Below, one piece after another: positions 49,502-58,793 of a stretch of 64,000 nt of DNA. The DNA comes from Bacteroidota bacterium (GTDB lineage Bacteria > Bacteroidota > Ignavibacteria > UBA10030): NCBI GenBank assembly GCA_025454835.1, contig JALONQ010000003.1, forward strand, positions 67,273-131,272, written 5' to 3'. Both the position numbers and the translations under genes were made by a program. The notes under the pieces are model-generated. The model searched no databases. It saw only the letters and a list, made by a program, of their open reading frames with translations, and was not told the origin of the DNA. The stretch's first letter is position 1; each line of letters begins with the position of its first letter.

Positions 49502-50257
49502 ATGGCACCCTCCACCCTCCGGCCGCTGAGCCTGCTCATCAATATCGACCACATTGCGACCCTTCGGAATGCCCGGAACGGGCGGATCCCCGACATCGTC
49601 GAAGCCGCGCACACGTGCCTCAAGGGGGGAGCAGACGGGGTCGTCTGTCACCTGCGGGAAGACCGGCGCCACATCCGTGACGAGGATGTTCGGAGGCTGC
49701 GACACGAGATCCGGACGAAACTCGACCTCGAGATGGCAGCCACGCCCGAGATCATCCGGATCGCGCTGCGGACGAAGCCGGACCTTGTGACGCTGGTTCC
49801 GGAGCGTCGGTATGAATTGACCACCGAAGGCGGTCTCGACGTCGCCCGACAGCTTCGGAAGATGAAGCAGGTGGTTGCCCGATTTCACGACCACGGGATC
49901 CCCGTGAGCTTGTTCGTGGACCCGGAACACCGGCAGCTCGACGCGTCCCGCTCGACGGGGGCCGAATGGGTCGAACTGCACACCGGCGACTATGCCGATG
50001 CGACGACGGCCAGACGGCGCGAGACGGAGTACCGCCGCTTGCGATCGGCGGCGGTCTACGCGCGAACGATCGGCCTCGGCGTGAACGCGGGCCACGGGTT
50101 GAACTACACGAACGTACAGCGCCTGGCGGCCTTGCCGGCCATCGGTGAGATGAGCATCGGCTACGCGATCATCGTGCGGGCGTTGAGCGTGGGATTGGAG
50201 ACGGCGGTGCGGGAGATGGTGTCGGTCGTGCAGAGGTCCAGGACAGCCCGGGGATGA
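49502..50257 (+). CDS. pdxJ: Pyridoxine 5'-phosphate synthase
   Basis: Start at Met-23 of ORF 49436..50257. The typical PdxJ N-terminus is LSLLINIDHIATLRNARNGRIPD, and the protein includes EAAHTCLKGGADGVVCHLREDRRHI. Confidence 0.93.
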   Translation: MAPSTLRPLSLLINIDHIATLRNARNGRIPDIVEAAHTCLKGGADGVVCHLREDRRHIRDEDVRRLRHEIRTKLDLEMAATPEIIRIALRTKPDLVTLVPERRYELTTEGGLDVARQLRKMKQVVARFHDHGIPVSLFVDPEHRQLDASRSTGAEWVELHTGDYADATTARRRETEYRRLRSAAVYARTIGLGVNAGHGLNYTNVQRLAALPAIGEMSIGYAIIVRALSVGLETAVREMVSVVQRSRTARG

Positions 50258-50276
50258 ATGAAAAAAAAGAGAGATC

Positions 50277-50502
50277 CACGAAGGCACACGAAGAAACACG
50301 AATTAATACGAAGAAATGATTCAGAAGTCGCGCGACACGAATATGAACATTCGTGACTCTTCGTGAAGGTCAATGCGCGAACCGCCAAGACGCCAAGACA
50401 GCAAATATCTCTGTTGCGCAAAGTTCGCCAAGAAAAGACGGTGATTCGGTTCCATTTTCACAAACCAACTTGGCGTTCTTTGCGTTCTTGGCGCTCTTGG
50501 CG
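50277..50502. repeat. Structured repeat locus in the pdxJ / oxidoreductase convergent spacer: CACGAAG 7-mers at exact 10-bp phasing plus inverted copies, then CGCCAAGA 8-mers direct and inverted
   Basis: Direct 7-mers (CACGAAG or its variants CACGAAT, TACGAAG) at 50277, 50287, 50297 and 50307, with CACGAAT again at 50336. Inverted copies are ATTCGTG at 50349 and CTTCGTG at 50359. CGCCAAGA occurs at 50383, 50391 and 50427. Its reverse complement TCTTGGCG (with variants) occurs at 50468, 50478, 50486 and 50495. The region is AT-rich relative to its surroundings. Confidence 0.8.
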
Positions 50503-50525
50503 GTAGTAGTTTTTGCTGCGACCTG

Positions 50526-51515
50526 CTACGACGCCAGGATCTGATCCAGGATCCTCTGATTCTTAAGGCCTTCTTCGCCAGGGATGGGGTTGGGGATGAC
50601 GCCCCGGACAGCGTCGACGAACAGACGCACCTCATGCGCGTAGAGATTGGGGACGATGAATTGTTCGATCTGCGGCTGCAGTGGTTCGCCCTCTTGCGCA
50701 TGCACCCGGTGCAGGATGACGGGCATGGCGCTGCGGGTGAAGTCAAAAGCCGACAGCGTGCCGTCCGTGCCGCGTATTTCGATGAACGAGCGGCGATAAC
50801 CGGCGGTGAACGAACAGTAGATCGATCCGAGGATCCCCTTCTGAAACTGCAGAACAACGGCCGCCGTTGATTCGGTGCGTTCAGCGGTCGGGGGGGCGTC
50901 GAGCACGGCCCTGACCAAGACGGGGTCATCGTCGAGCAGGAAGCGGATCGTGTCGAGGCAGTGAACGCCGATATCGTGCACGGGTCCTCCGCCGGCGACC
51001 TTTGGATCGAAGAGCCAACCGCGGCGCGAGAGGCGATGATCGTAGAAGAACTGCGTCTCGATGTGTGCGACGCTGCCGATCGCTCCTTCGGCGATGAGCT
51101 GCTTGATGCGCGTGATGACCGGCGAGAAGCGGACCATGTGACCGACCATCAGTTGTACTCCGGCATCACGGCATGCCTGCACCATGCGCTCGGCCTGCTC
51201 GACGGTCGCCGCCATCGGCTTCTCGACGAGCACATGCTTTCCTGCTTTGGCGGCGGCGATGGCTTCGCCGGCATGCGCACCGTTCGCAGAGGCGATGAAG
51301 ACGGCGTCGACGTCGGGATGTTCGGCGAGCGTTGCGGGATCGTCGAACGCGTGAGGGATGTCATGCTCGCGGGCTTTGGCCGCGGCAGCATCGAATGAGC
51401 GCTTCTGAATGGCGCTGACCACCGCGTTGCCGGAGCCGCGGATAGCCGGAAGGATGGCACGTTCGGCGAAGAGTCCGAAACCGATGATGCCGAATCGCAT
51501 CGGGTCAGATGTCAT
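50526..51515 (-). CDS. Gfo/Idh/MocA family NAD(P)-dependent oxidoreductase
   Basis: 329 aa with an N-terminal Rossmann motif (RFGIIGFGLFAERAILPAI) and an EKP motif (VLVEKPMA). Confidence 0.88.
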   Translation of the reverse strand: MTSDPMRFGIIGFGLFAERAILPAIRGSGNAVVSAIQKRSFDAAAAKAREHDIPHAFDDPATLAEHPDVDAVFIASANGAHAGEAIAAAKAGKHVLVEKPMAATVEQAERMVQACRDAGVQLMVGHMVRFSPVITRIKQLIAEGAIGSVAHIETQFFYDHRLSRRGWLFDPKVAGGGPVHDIGVHCLDTIRFLLDDDPVLVRAVLDAPPTAERTESTAAVVLQFQKGILGSIYCSFTAGYRRSFIEIRGTDGTLSAFDFTRSAMPVILHRVHAQEGEPLQPQIEQFIVPNLYAHEVRLFVDAVRGVIPNPIPGEEGLKNQRILDQILAS

Positions 51516-51737
51516 ACGGCTCTCCTTAGACGGATCATCTCACGAGCGGCAACGTACCATCGAGCAGTCACGTAGACTTCGAGGCAAACGACGGCCCATC
51601 GACACGAAGCCCGTTCTGCACTTCACGGTGAGACGGTCTACGTTGCCTCACTTCGAGGTCTTCTTCAAGTGAAGTGTACGATTCCCACAGGGGAATGTCC
51701 AGACGTCCATCTTCCCCTCCGTTAAGGATTCCTATTC

Positions 51738-53555
51738 TTGCACATGGCCTCACTCCTCGACCCACTCAAGCACCTGACCGCCGCGCGTGATCGCGAACAG
51801 CAGACCGTTCGTACGATCATTGAAGCTGCGGCACAGCTTCTCACCGGCGTTCTTGGGATCGTCGCGATCGCCACTCTGGTGGCCGAATACGGGTTCTTCC
51901 TCTCGCCCGAGCGGGAAGCCATCGCGCAGGTGGCCCACGTGATCATCCTCTACGGCTTTGTCTTCCTTATCGCCGTTCGTATCGCGGCTTCCAGATCACC
52001 CTCGGAATTTATCCGATCACACCGCGTTGACATGATCCTCGTGGTGCTTGTGCTCTTCTTGTTGCTGGCGCCCGGAACCGTCACGGATATCCTTTACACC
52101 ATCAATCCCCTGTTGACAGCCTCGGATGTTTCGGCCCTCTACATTGCGCTCACACAGGGGTTTCTCTTTTCCGCGTTCATACCATCGACATTGCGCGCCA
52201 GCCGACGACTGATGCGGCGAAATTTCCATCCGGCGGCCCTGTTGGTCGGGAGTTTCGCCATGATCGTGCTGGCGGGAGCCCTCCTTCTGCTGATGCCGCG
52301 CGCAGCCACGCAGCCACTTTCGGTCCTCGATGCGCTCTTCACATCAACGAGCGCCGTGTGCGTGACCGGGCTGACCGTCGTAGACACGGCCACGCAGTTT
52401 ACGCCCCTCGGACATGGGATCCTGCTGTTCCTGATCCAGGCGGGTGGATTGGGGATCATGACCCTGACAACCGTGCTTGGGCTTCTGATCGGCGGATCGG
52501 GCGGTCTGCGAGAGTATGCGACGCTCCAAACGTTGCTGGGAGAGGAGAGCATCGGGAGGATCCGCCGCACGCTGTGGACCGTGACCTTGGCTACCCTGGC
52601 CTTCGAGGCGGCGGGGGCGCTCGTCCTGTATCAACTCCTGGATCCGGCGGTGGCGGGAACAGGTTCGCACGCCGTATTCTTCGCGGTCTTTCACTCCGTA
52701 TCCGCATTCTGCAACGCCGGTTTCGCTCTCACCTCCGAAGGATTGACGCATCCTCTTCTCAGAGCAAATGCGACGGTGCTGGCGACCGTCATGATCCTCG
52801 TCGTCGTGGGGGGCATCGGATTTCCGGTGATGTCCAATGTCGGTCGGATCGTCTGGTCGCGGCTCACGCGCCGGCCGTTCCGAGGTCATCTATCGTTGCA
52901 GTCGAAGATCGTCCTCTGGACCACGTGTGTCTTGCTCGTCGTCGGGACGGTCGCCCTTTTCATGGTTGAGCGCGGGTTCGGCCAATCCTCGACGACGATG
53001 GGTGAGCGGTGGTTGACGGCCGCCTTTCACTCCGTCGTTGCCCGCACCGCCGGGTTCAATACGATCGAAGTTGCCTCGATGTCGCTCCCCGGCTTGTTCG
53101 TGCTCATGGTGCTCATGTGGATCGGCGGCTCTCCAGGTTCGACGGCTGGCGGCGTGAAGACCACGGCGGTGGCGGTCGCGCTTCTCAACATACGTGCGAT
53201 CGTCACCGGGGCTGACCGCGTGGAGGCGTTTCGCACGACGGTCTCGGGCGCTTCCATTGTCAGGGCCTTCAGTACGATCCTGTTGTCGGTCGCAGTCATT
53301 GCCACGCTCGTGTTTCTGCTGCTCCTGACCGATCCGGTGAGTTTCGACGGAGCGGTGTTCGAAGTCATTTCTGCCGTTGGAACCGTGGGATTGACCACAG
53401 GCATCACGCCCTCATTGTCGTACGGCGGAAAACTCGTTATCATTGCGGGGATGTTTATTGGCCGCGTCGGCGTTCTCTCGTTTGCCATTGCAATGACCGG
53501 GCAATGGCAACGACGACGGGCTGAATATCCGGCAGAAAATGTTCTGGTGACCTGA
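51738..53555 (+). CDS. trkH: Trk/Ktr-type potassium transporter membrane subunit (TrkH family), long form
   Basis: 605 aa with many TM helices and repeated selectivity-filter-like motifs (…TSAVCVTGLTVVDT…, …FCNAGFALTS…, …ARTAGFNTIE…, …GTVGLTTGITPSL…). The start may be the Met at 51744. Confidence 0.85.
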   Translation: MHMASLLDPLKHLTAARDREQQTVRTIIEAAAQLLTGVLGIVAIATLVAEYGFFLSPEREAIAQVAHVIILYGFVFLIAVRIAASRSPSEFIRSHRVDMILVVLVLFLLLAPGTVTDILYTINPLLTASDVSALYIALTQGFLFSAFIPSTLRASRRLMRRNFHPAALLVGSFAMIVLAGALLLLMPRAATQPLSVLDALFTSTSAVCVTGLTVVDTATQFTPLGHGILLFLIQAGGLGIMTLTTVLGLLIGGSGGLREYATLQTLLGEESIGRIRRTLWTVTLATLAFEAAGALVLYQLLDPAVAGTGSHAVFFAVFHSVSAFCNAGFALTSEGLTHPLLRANATVLATVMILVVVGGIGFPVMSNVGRIVWSRLTRRPFRGHLSLQSKIVLWTTCVLLVVGTVALFMVERGFGQSSTTMGERWLTAAFHSVVARTAGFNTIEVASMSLPGLFVLMVLMWIGGSPGSTAGGVKTTAVAVALLNIRAIVTGADRVEAFRTTVSGASIVRAFSTILLSVAVIATLVFLLLLTDPVSFDGAVFEVISAVGTVGLTTGITPSLSYGGKLVIIAGMFIGRVGVLSFAIAMTGQWQRRRAEYPAENVLVT

Positions 53556-53556
53556 C

Positions 53557-54249
53557 ATGACGCAGAGACTTGCGATCATCGGTATCGGCAAATTTGGCCG
53601 GCACTTGGCGCGCGAATTGGCGTCCAAAGGAGCCGATGTCCTTGCCATCGACGCCGACATGGATCGGTTGGACGATCTGAAGCAGGTCGTCGCCCATACG
53701 GTCCGATTGGACGCGCGCGAAGAATCGGCACTCCGTGGCCAGGGGCTGGTGGACTATGATGCCGTCATCGTCGGCTTCGGGGACGATTTCGAGGTGACGC
53801 TGCTGACCGTGGCGGCGCTTCAGACCATCGGCATCCAGCGCATCATTGTACGGGCAACAACGCCCACACACGAGAGGATCCTCCAGCACCTCGGCATTAA
53901 AGAGGTGGTGCTTCCCTCGGTGGAGGCGGCTGAGCGGCTTGCGACCAGCCTGATGTACGCGGGCGTGCTTGATTCGTTCTCACTCTCCTCCGATGCCACG
54001 ATTGCCGAGGTCACAGCCCCCGACGGATTCATCGGCCGGACGGTGGCCGAGGTGCCGTTTCGCCAGAAGCACGATGTGAGCCTTATTACGATCAAGCGCA
54101 TTCAGAAACGACCAGTCCTGTTCGGACTCGGCACCAAAGAGGTTGAAATGGTCATCGGTGTCCCCAAGGATGAGACTCTGATCGAACGCGGAGACGTGCT
54201 CGTCGTGTTTGGCTCCAAAGAGGCGATCGGCCGATTGGCCTCAGCGTGA
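53557..54249 (+). CDS. trkA: Trk/Ktr system regulatory subunit (RCK_N + RCK_C)
   Basis: 230 aa with a Rossmann motif (IAIIGIGKFGRHLAREL) and a C-terminal TrkA-C domain. Confidence 0.88.
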   Translation: MTQRLAIIGIGKFGRHLARELASKGADVLAIDADMDRLDDLKQVVAHTVRLDAREESALRGQGLVDYDAVIVGFGDDFEVTLLTVAALQTIGIQRIIVRATTPTHERILQHLGIKEVVLPSVEAAERLATSLMYAGVLDSFSLSSDATIAEVTAPDGFIGRTVAEVPFRQKHDVSLITIKRIQKRPVLFGLGTKEVEMVIGVPKDETLIERGDVLVVFGSKEAIGRLASA

Positions 54250-54252
54250 TGT

Positions 54253-55467
54253 ATGCATGACCTTTCGAGCGTGATCCTGTTCATCGGCGGCCTGGTCTTT
54301 CTGGCGCACGCCTTCGTTGCGGTGTTCGAACGGACGCGGGTTCCCGACGTCCTCTGGCTCATTCTGATCGGCGTGATGCTGGGGCCGGTCTTTGGGATCG
54401 TCCGGCCGCAAGACTTCGGGAAGGTCGGCGCCGTCTTCACCACGGTCGCGCTGGTCATCATTCTGTTCGAGGGAGGGCTCGAGATCAGCATCGAGGAGAT
54501 GCGCAAGGCGTGGAAGAGCACGTTCCTCGTGACCCTGTTCACGTACGTGATCGCTTGGGCGATCCTCACGGGAGCGCTCGTGGCGATCCTCCCGTTCTCC
54601 ACCTTGGAGTCGCTCTACGTTGGCGCCGTGCTTGCCGGACCGGCACCATCGGTCGTCATTCCGCTGGCCCGGCAGATGAAGATCTCCGATTCCGGCCGGA
54701 CGACGCTCATGCTTGAATCTCCGATCGGCGAAGCCCTTTGTGTGGTGATCGCCCTCGCTCTGCTCCAGACCATTGAGATGGGGCGGATGTCGATTGGACT
54801 GTTGCTGGGACAACTCATTTCCGCGTTCGTGTTCGCCATCGTGCTCGGAGCGCTGTCGGGATACGTGTGGTCGCTGACCCTTGACCGGGTGCGCCAATTG
54901 CGGAATGCCATCTTCCTGACGCCATCGGCGGTCTTCATTGTGTATGGACTGACGGAGTTCTTTGGATTCAGCGGGCCGATCGCCGCGTTGGCCTTTGGGA
55001 TCGTGCTCGGCAACGTGGGGACCATGAAGCTTCCGTGGATCCATGAACACACGAATCTGGCCCCGCTCTCTCACAGCACGACAGAGAAGCTCTTCTTCAG
55101 CGAAGCGGTGTTCCTTGTGAAGACCTTCTTCTTCGTCTATTTGGGGATCTCAATTCAGTTGGATGACTATGTGGCGCTGGCGACCGGCCTGGCCCTCGTC
55201 GGCGGATTGTTGCTGGCCCGGGTGCTCGGCATTCGGCTAGCGACTCATCTGCTCGGCGGGACGGGCGACGACCTCGTTTCGATGTCTATTCTGATTCCCA
55301 AAGGAACCGCCGCAGCCGTACTGGCCGGTCTGCCGATTCAAATCGGGCTTGCGCGCGGCGCACAGATGCAGGACCTTATCAACGGTGTCGTGTTCGTCAG
55401 CATCCTTGCAACCGCCATTCTCGTTTTTCTTGCCGAGCGAGCACGACCCGCAGAACGGCGCATCTGA
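54253..55467 (+). CDS. Cation:proton antiporter (CPA1/CPA2 Na+/H+ or K+/H+ exchanger membrane domain)
   Basis: 404 aa with 11 to 13 TM helices and a typical CPA fold pattern (…ALVIILFEGGLEISIEEMRKAW…). It sits immediately after trkA. Confidence 0.75.
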   Translation: MHDLSSVILFIGGLVFLAHAFVAVFERTRVPDVLWLILIGVMLGPVFGIVRPQDFGKVGAVFTTVALVIILFEGGLEISIEEMRKAWKSTFLVTLFTYVIAWAILTGALVAILPFSTLESLYVGAVLAGPAPSVVIPLARQMKISDSGRTTLMLESPIGEALCVVIALALLQTIEMGRMSIGLLLGQLISAFVFAIVLGALSGYVWSLTLDRVRQLRNAIFLTPSAVFIVYGLTEFFGFSGPIAALAFGIVLGNVGTMKLPWIHEHTNLAPLSHSTTEKLFFSEAVFLVKTFFFVYLGISIQLDDYVALATGLALVGGLLLARVLGIRLATHLLGGTGDDLVSMSILIPKGTAAAVLAGLPIQIGLARGAQMQDLINGVVFVSILATAILVFLAERARPAERRI

Positions 55468-55491
55468 GTCAGGTTCAAAGGAGAGACCTTC

Positions 55492-56157
55492 ATGGAAGAG
55501 ATCACTGCGATCTCGTCGTCACTAAGAGACTTCTGGCTGCAGGTGCTCGCCTTGTTACCACGCATTCTGACGGGCCTTGTGCTGCTCATCGGGGGTTGGA
55601 TCGTTGCCAAACTGGTCCGCCGGGCGACGCTTCGAGTGCTCCGGTTTGCCCGCGTCGACGCGCTGGCCGAAAAGGCGGGCATTGAGAGCTTTCTGATGCG
55701 AGGAGGTATCTCGTTCACGTTCGTCACGATCCTGGCCAACTTCGTTTACTGGGTGCTGCTGCTGACGATGTTGTTGGCCGTCCTGCACAGCCTTGGGGTG
55801 GCGGCGGCGGCGGACCTGATCGAGCGGATCGTCAGTTATCTTCCGAATGTCCTCGGCGCAGTGCTGGTGCTGATCTTTGGCAGCCTGTTCGCGAACCTGG
55901 TGCGCACGATGACATCGGGCTATCTGAATAACATCGGAATCAAAGGCGTGCCGTTCATCGCCGGTTTGACGTATTATGCGGTCCTGTTCTTCGTGCTCAC
56001 CGTTGCGCTGGAGCAGTTGTCCATCGGCGGGGCGATCCTCGTGTCGGCCTTCCAGATCGCCTTTGGCGCCCTATGCTTGGCGCTCGCCCTCGCGTTCGGT
56101 CTCGGCGGCCGTGAAATGGCGTCGCGCATTCTGGAGAATATTTGGAAGAATCGCTGA
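55492..56157 (+). CDS. Membrane protein with conserved TM-helix repeats (MscS-like N-terminal module)
   Basis: 221 aa of repeated hydrophobic helices (…LTGLVLLIGGWIVAKLVRRATLRVL…). It resembles the N-terminal TM_helix repeats of MscS-family channels. Confidence 0.45.
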   Translation: MEEITAISSSLRDFWLQVLALLPRILTGLVLLIGGWIVAKLVRRATLRVLRFARVDALAEKAGIESFLMRGGISFTFVTILANFVYWVLLLTMLLAVLHSLGVAAAADLIERIVSYLPNVLGAVLVLIFGSLFANLVRTMTSGYLNNIGIKGVPFIAGLTYYAVLFFVLTVALEQLSIGGAILVSAFQIAFGALCLALALAFGLGGREMASRILENIWKNR

Positions 56158-56173
56158 TGCCACGGAGCCGACG

Positions 56174-57037
56174 ATGATCATCGATTGCCATGTGCATGTG
56201 AACTGGTATGAGCATGAAGACCGGCCGGCTCTGCCGCACCGGCTGGGAGAGCTGCGGCGAGAGATGCAGCTCAACCGTGTCTCGCATGCCGTCATCCTCA
56301 CCTCCTTTAAAGACCTGCCCGGCCGTCCATCGACGAAGGAGGTGGCGGATGCCGTCCGTGGCCAACCGGAATTCTCGGTCGTGGCGGGCATCGGTGCGGC
56401 GACATTCACGCCGGAGGTCCTGGAGGCGCTGCGTCCGCTCGTGGCGGAGCGGATCGTCCGGGGTCTCAAGCTGTATCCAGGGTATGAGCCGTACTATCCG
56501 CACGATCCCAAGCTGACGCCCGTCTTTCGGTTCGCCGCCGAACACGGCCTTCCGGTCATGATCCACACGGGTGACACGTTCTCGGCAAAAGGCAAGTTGA
56601 AGTACGCTCACCCGCTCGAAGTAGACGAGGTGGCAGTCGACCATCCCGACGTGTCGATCATCATCTGCCATCTCGGCAACCCGTGGTTCCAGGACACCAT
56701 GGAAGTGGTCTACAAGAACGAGAACGTATACACGGACATTTCCGGCCTCGTCCTCGGAGATTTCAGCGATCGATTCGAGCGGTACATGCGCGATCAATTG
56801 CAGGAGATGATCATCTACGGCATGGAGCCGACGAAGGTCCTCTTCGGGACCGACTGGCCGATCTCGTCGATGCGGTCGTACCTCGAGTTCATCGAAGAGC
56901 TGAACATTCCGACCGCGGAACTCGAGAAGATCATGTTCCAGAACGCTGCTCGGCTCTTCGATATCCCGGTCAACAGCAGCGGAGCCGGCGCGTCAGGTCT
57001 GCTCGGATGGCTCGGCCGCAAGATGGGACCGGCATAA
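56174..57037 (+). CDS. Amidohydrolase-2 (PF04909-type TIM-barrel metal-dependent hydrolase)
   Basis: Start at Met (MIIDCHVHVNWYE…) inside ORF 55976..57037. The metal ligands are HxH at the N-terminus, …MIHTGDTF…, and …ICHLGNPW…. Confidence 0.7.
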   Translation: MIIDCHVHVNWYEHEDRPALPHRLGELRREMQLNRVSHAVILTSFKDLPGRPSTKEVADAVRGQPEFSVVAGIGAATFTPEVLEALRPLVAERIVRGLKLYPGYEPYYPHDPKLTPVFRFAAEHGLPVMIHTGDTFSAKGKLKYAHPLEVDEVAVDHPDVSIIICHLGNPWFQDTMEVVYKNENVYTDISGLVLGDFSDRFERYMRDQLQEMIIYGMEPTKVLFGTDWPISSMRSYLEFIEELNIPTAELEKIMFQNAARLFDIPVNSSGAGASGLLGWLGRKMGPA

Positions 57038-57171
57038 GGCGCCGAGGCTTGACTCTTCCGGCGGAATTCCTTTCTTGAAGAGGTGGCTCGGGCGTCGCAG
57101 TACATCGACGTCCGTTCCGTTCTCTGCGGGTCTGCGTGCTCATTCATCCCATCCCGACCATCGGTGCCGCC

Positions 57172-58722
57172 ATGGCTAAAGACGACCTGAAGGATTTCGA
57201 GCGCAAAGTGCTCGTCCGTGCGCTGCGGACGGAGGACTACGACCAACTCGTCGAGCTCCAGCTCAAGTGCTTTCCGGGCATGAAGCCGTGGTCACGGGCC
57301 CAGGTCGAGAGCCAGCTGGCGCTCTTTCCCGAAGGACAGATCTGCATCGAGTATCAGGGGCGTCTCGTCGCCTCCTCCAGCAGCCTCATCCTCGACTTCG
57401 ACCTGTATCACGAATGGCACAGCTGGGCCGAGATCGCCGATGCGGGTTTCATCCGGAACCACACGCCGAAAGGCAATACGCTCTACGGCATCGAGATCAT
57501 GGTCGATCCATCGTACCGCGGTCTGCGGCTGGCCCGGCGGATGTATGAGGCGCGGAAGCAGCTGGCCCGTGAGCGAAACCTCATGCGCATCATCCTCGGC
57601 GGCCGCATCCCCGGGTACGGGACACATGCCGCGGCGATGAGCGCCCGCGAATACGTGGACAAGGTCGTGCACAAGGTCCTCGTCGACCCCGTGCTGACAA
57701 CGCAGCTGTCGAACGGCTTCACGCTGAAGCGGTTGATCCCCAACTATCTGTCGAGCGACACCGAGTCGCGCGGCTACGCCACGTTCCTTGAGTGGACGAA
57801 CATTGACTATGTGCCCAATCCGCTGCAACGGCTCACGTTGTTCGCCCCGGTCCGGGCGTGTGCCGCGCAGATGCAGCTGCGGATGATCACGGGATTCGAG
57901 GAATTTGCGCGCCAGTGCGAGTATTTCGTCGACGCCGCGGCGGACTACAAGACCGATTTCATGCTCTTTCCGGAGATGCTGACGACGCAATGGCTGACGT
58001 TCCTGCCGAAGGACCGTCCGGCGCTGGCGATGCGAAAGTTGTCGGAATATACGCCGGCGTATCTGGAGTTGTTCACGGGCCTGGCCGTCAAGTACAACGT
58101 CAACATCATCGGCGGGACGCACTTCGTCGTCGAAGGTGAAGACTTGTACAATGTCGCGTATCTGTTTCGGCGCGATGGGACGCTCGCCAAGCAGTATCAG
58201 CTTCACATCGCCCCCGACCAGCGCCGGTGGTGGGGCGTGAAGCCTGGGATGGACGTCAGCGTCTTCGACACCGACCGCGGGAAGATCGGTATCCTCATCG
58301 GCCACGACGTTGTGTTCCCCGAGCTGTCGCGCATCATGGCGGATCAAGGGGCGCAGATCCTGTTCGTGCCGTTCAGCGTGGAGGAACGGTACGGCTACCT
58401 GCGGTTACGGTACTGCACGCAAGCGCGATGTGTCGAGAACAATGTTTATGCCGTGATGGCCGGCAGCGTCGGCAACCTGCCTTCCGTCGAGAACATTGAC
58501 GTTCATTATGCGCAATCGGCGATCCTGACGCCATCAGACATTCCCTTCACGCGCGACGGGGTGCTGTCGGAAGCAACGCCGAACATCGAAACGATCATCG
58601 TCGACGACATGGACCTGGAGCTGCTGAAGCCCGGACGACAAAGCGGAACCGTGCTCAGCCGCCAGGACCGCCGTTCGGACCTCTACGAAGTGCGGTACCA
58701 TCCGCCGGCCGGACGTCGCTGA
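57172..58722 (+). CDS. Fusion protein: N-terminal GNAT acetyltransferase + C-terminal carbon-nitrogen hydrolase (nitrilase superfamily) domain with apparently degenerate catalytic triad
   Basis: GNAT motifs are …IEIMVDPSYRGLRLARRMYEARKQLA…. The CN-hydrolase domain is …DFMLFPEM… (Glu present). The Lys-motif position reads YQLHIAPD (K to Q) and the Cys-motif position reads KIGILIGHDVVFPEL, where the canonical sequence is kIGlaICYDlrFPEL (C to G). Confidence 0.7.
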   Translation: MAKDDLKDFERKVLVRALRTEDYDQLVELQLKCFPGMKPWSRAQVESQLALFPEGQICIEYQGRLVASSSSLILDFDLYHEWHSWAEIADAGFIRNHTPKGNTLYGIEIMVDPSYRGLRLARRMYEARKQLARERNLMRIILGGRIPGYGTHAAAMSAREYVDKVVHKVLVDPVLTTQLSNGFTLKRLIPNYLSSDTESRGYATFLEWTNIDYVPNPLQRLTLFAPVRACAAQMQLRMITGFEEFARQCEYFVDAAADYKTDFMLFPEMLTTQWLTFLPKDRPALAMRKLSEYTPAYLELFTGLAVKYNVNIIGGTHFVVEGEDLYNVAYLFRRDGTLAKQYQLHIAPDQRRWWGVKPGMDVSVFDTDRGKIGILIGHDVVFPELSRIMADQGAQILFVPFSVEERYGYLRLRYCTQARCVENNVYAVMAGSVGNLPSVENIDVHYAQSAILTPSDIPFTRDGVLSEATPNIETIIVDDMDLELLKPGRQSGTVLSRQDRRSDLYEVRYHPPAGRR

Positions 58723-58793
58723 TCATCTCCTCCACCCATCGGTCCTTCAACATGCATTCGTTGCTCCATCAACGCTTCCTCGGTAACGAGCCC

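Noticed and set aside
50161-50544. Short ORFs (86 aa on minus, 63 aa on plus with a C-terminal hydrophobic stretch) running through the CACGAAG/CGCCAAGA repeat locus
   Set aside because: Their sequences are dictated by the nucleotide repeats. The region is AT-rich with atypical codon usage. Both overlap each other and the ends of flanking genes. The locus is better explained as non-coding.
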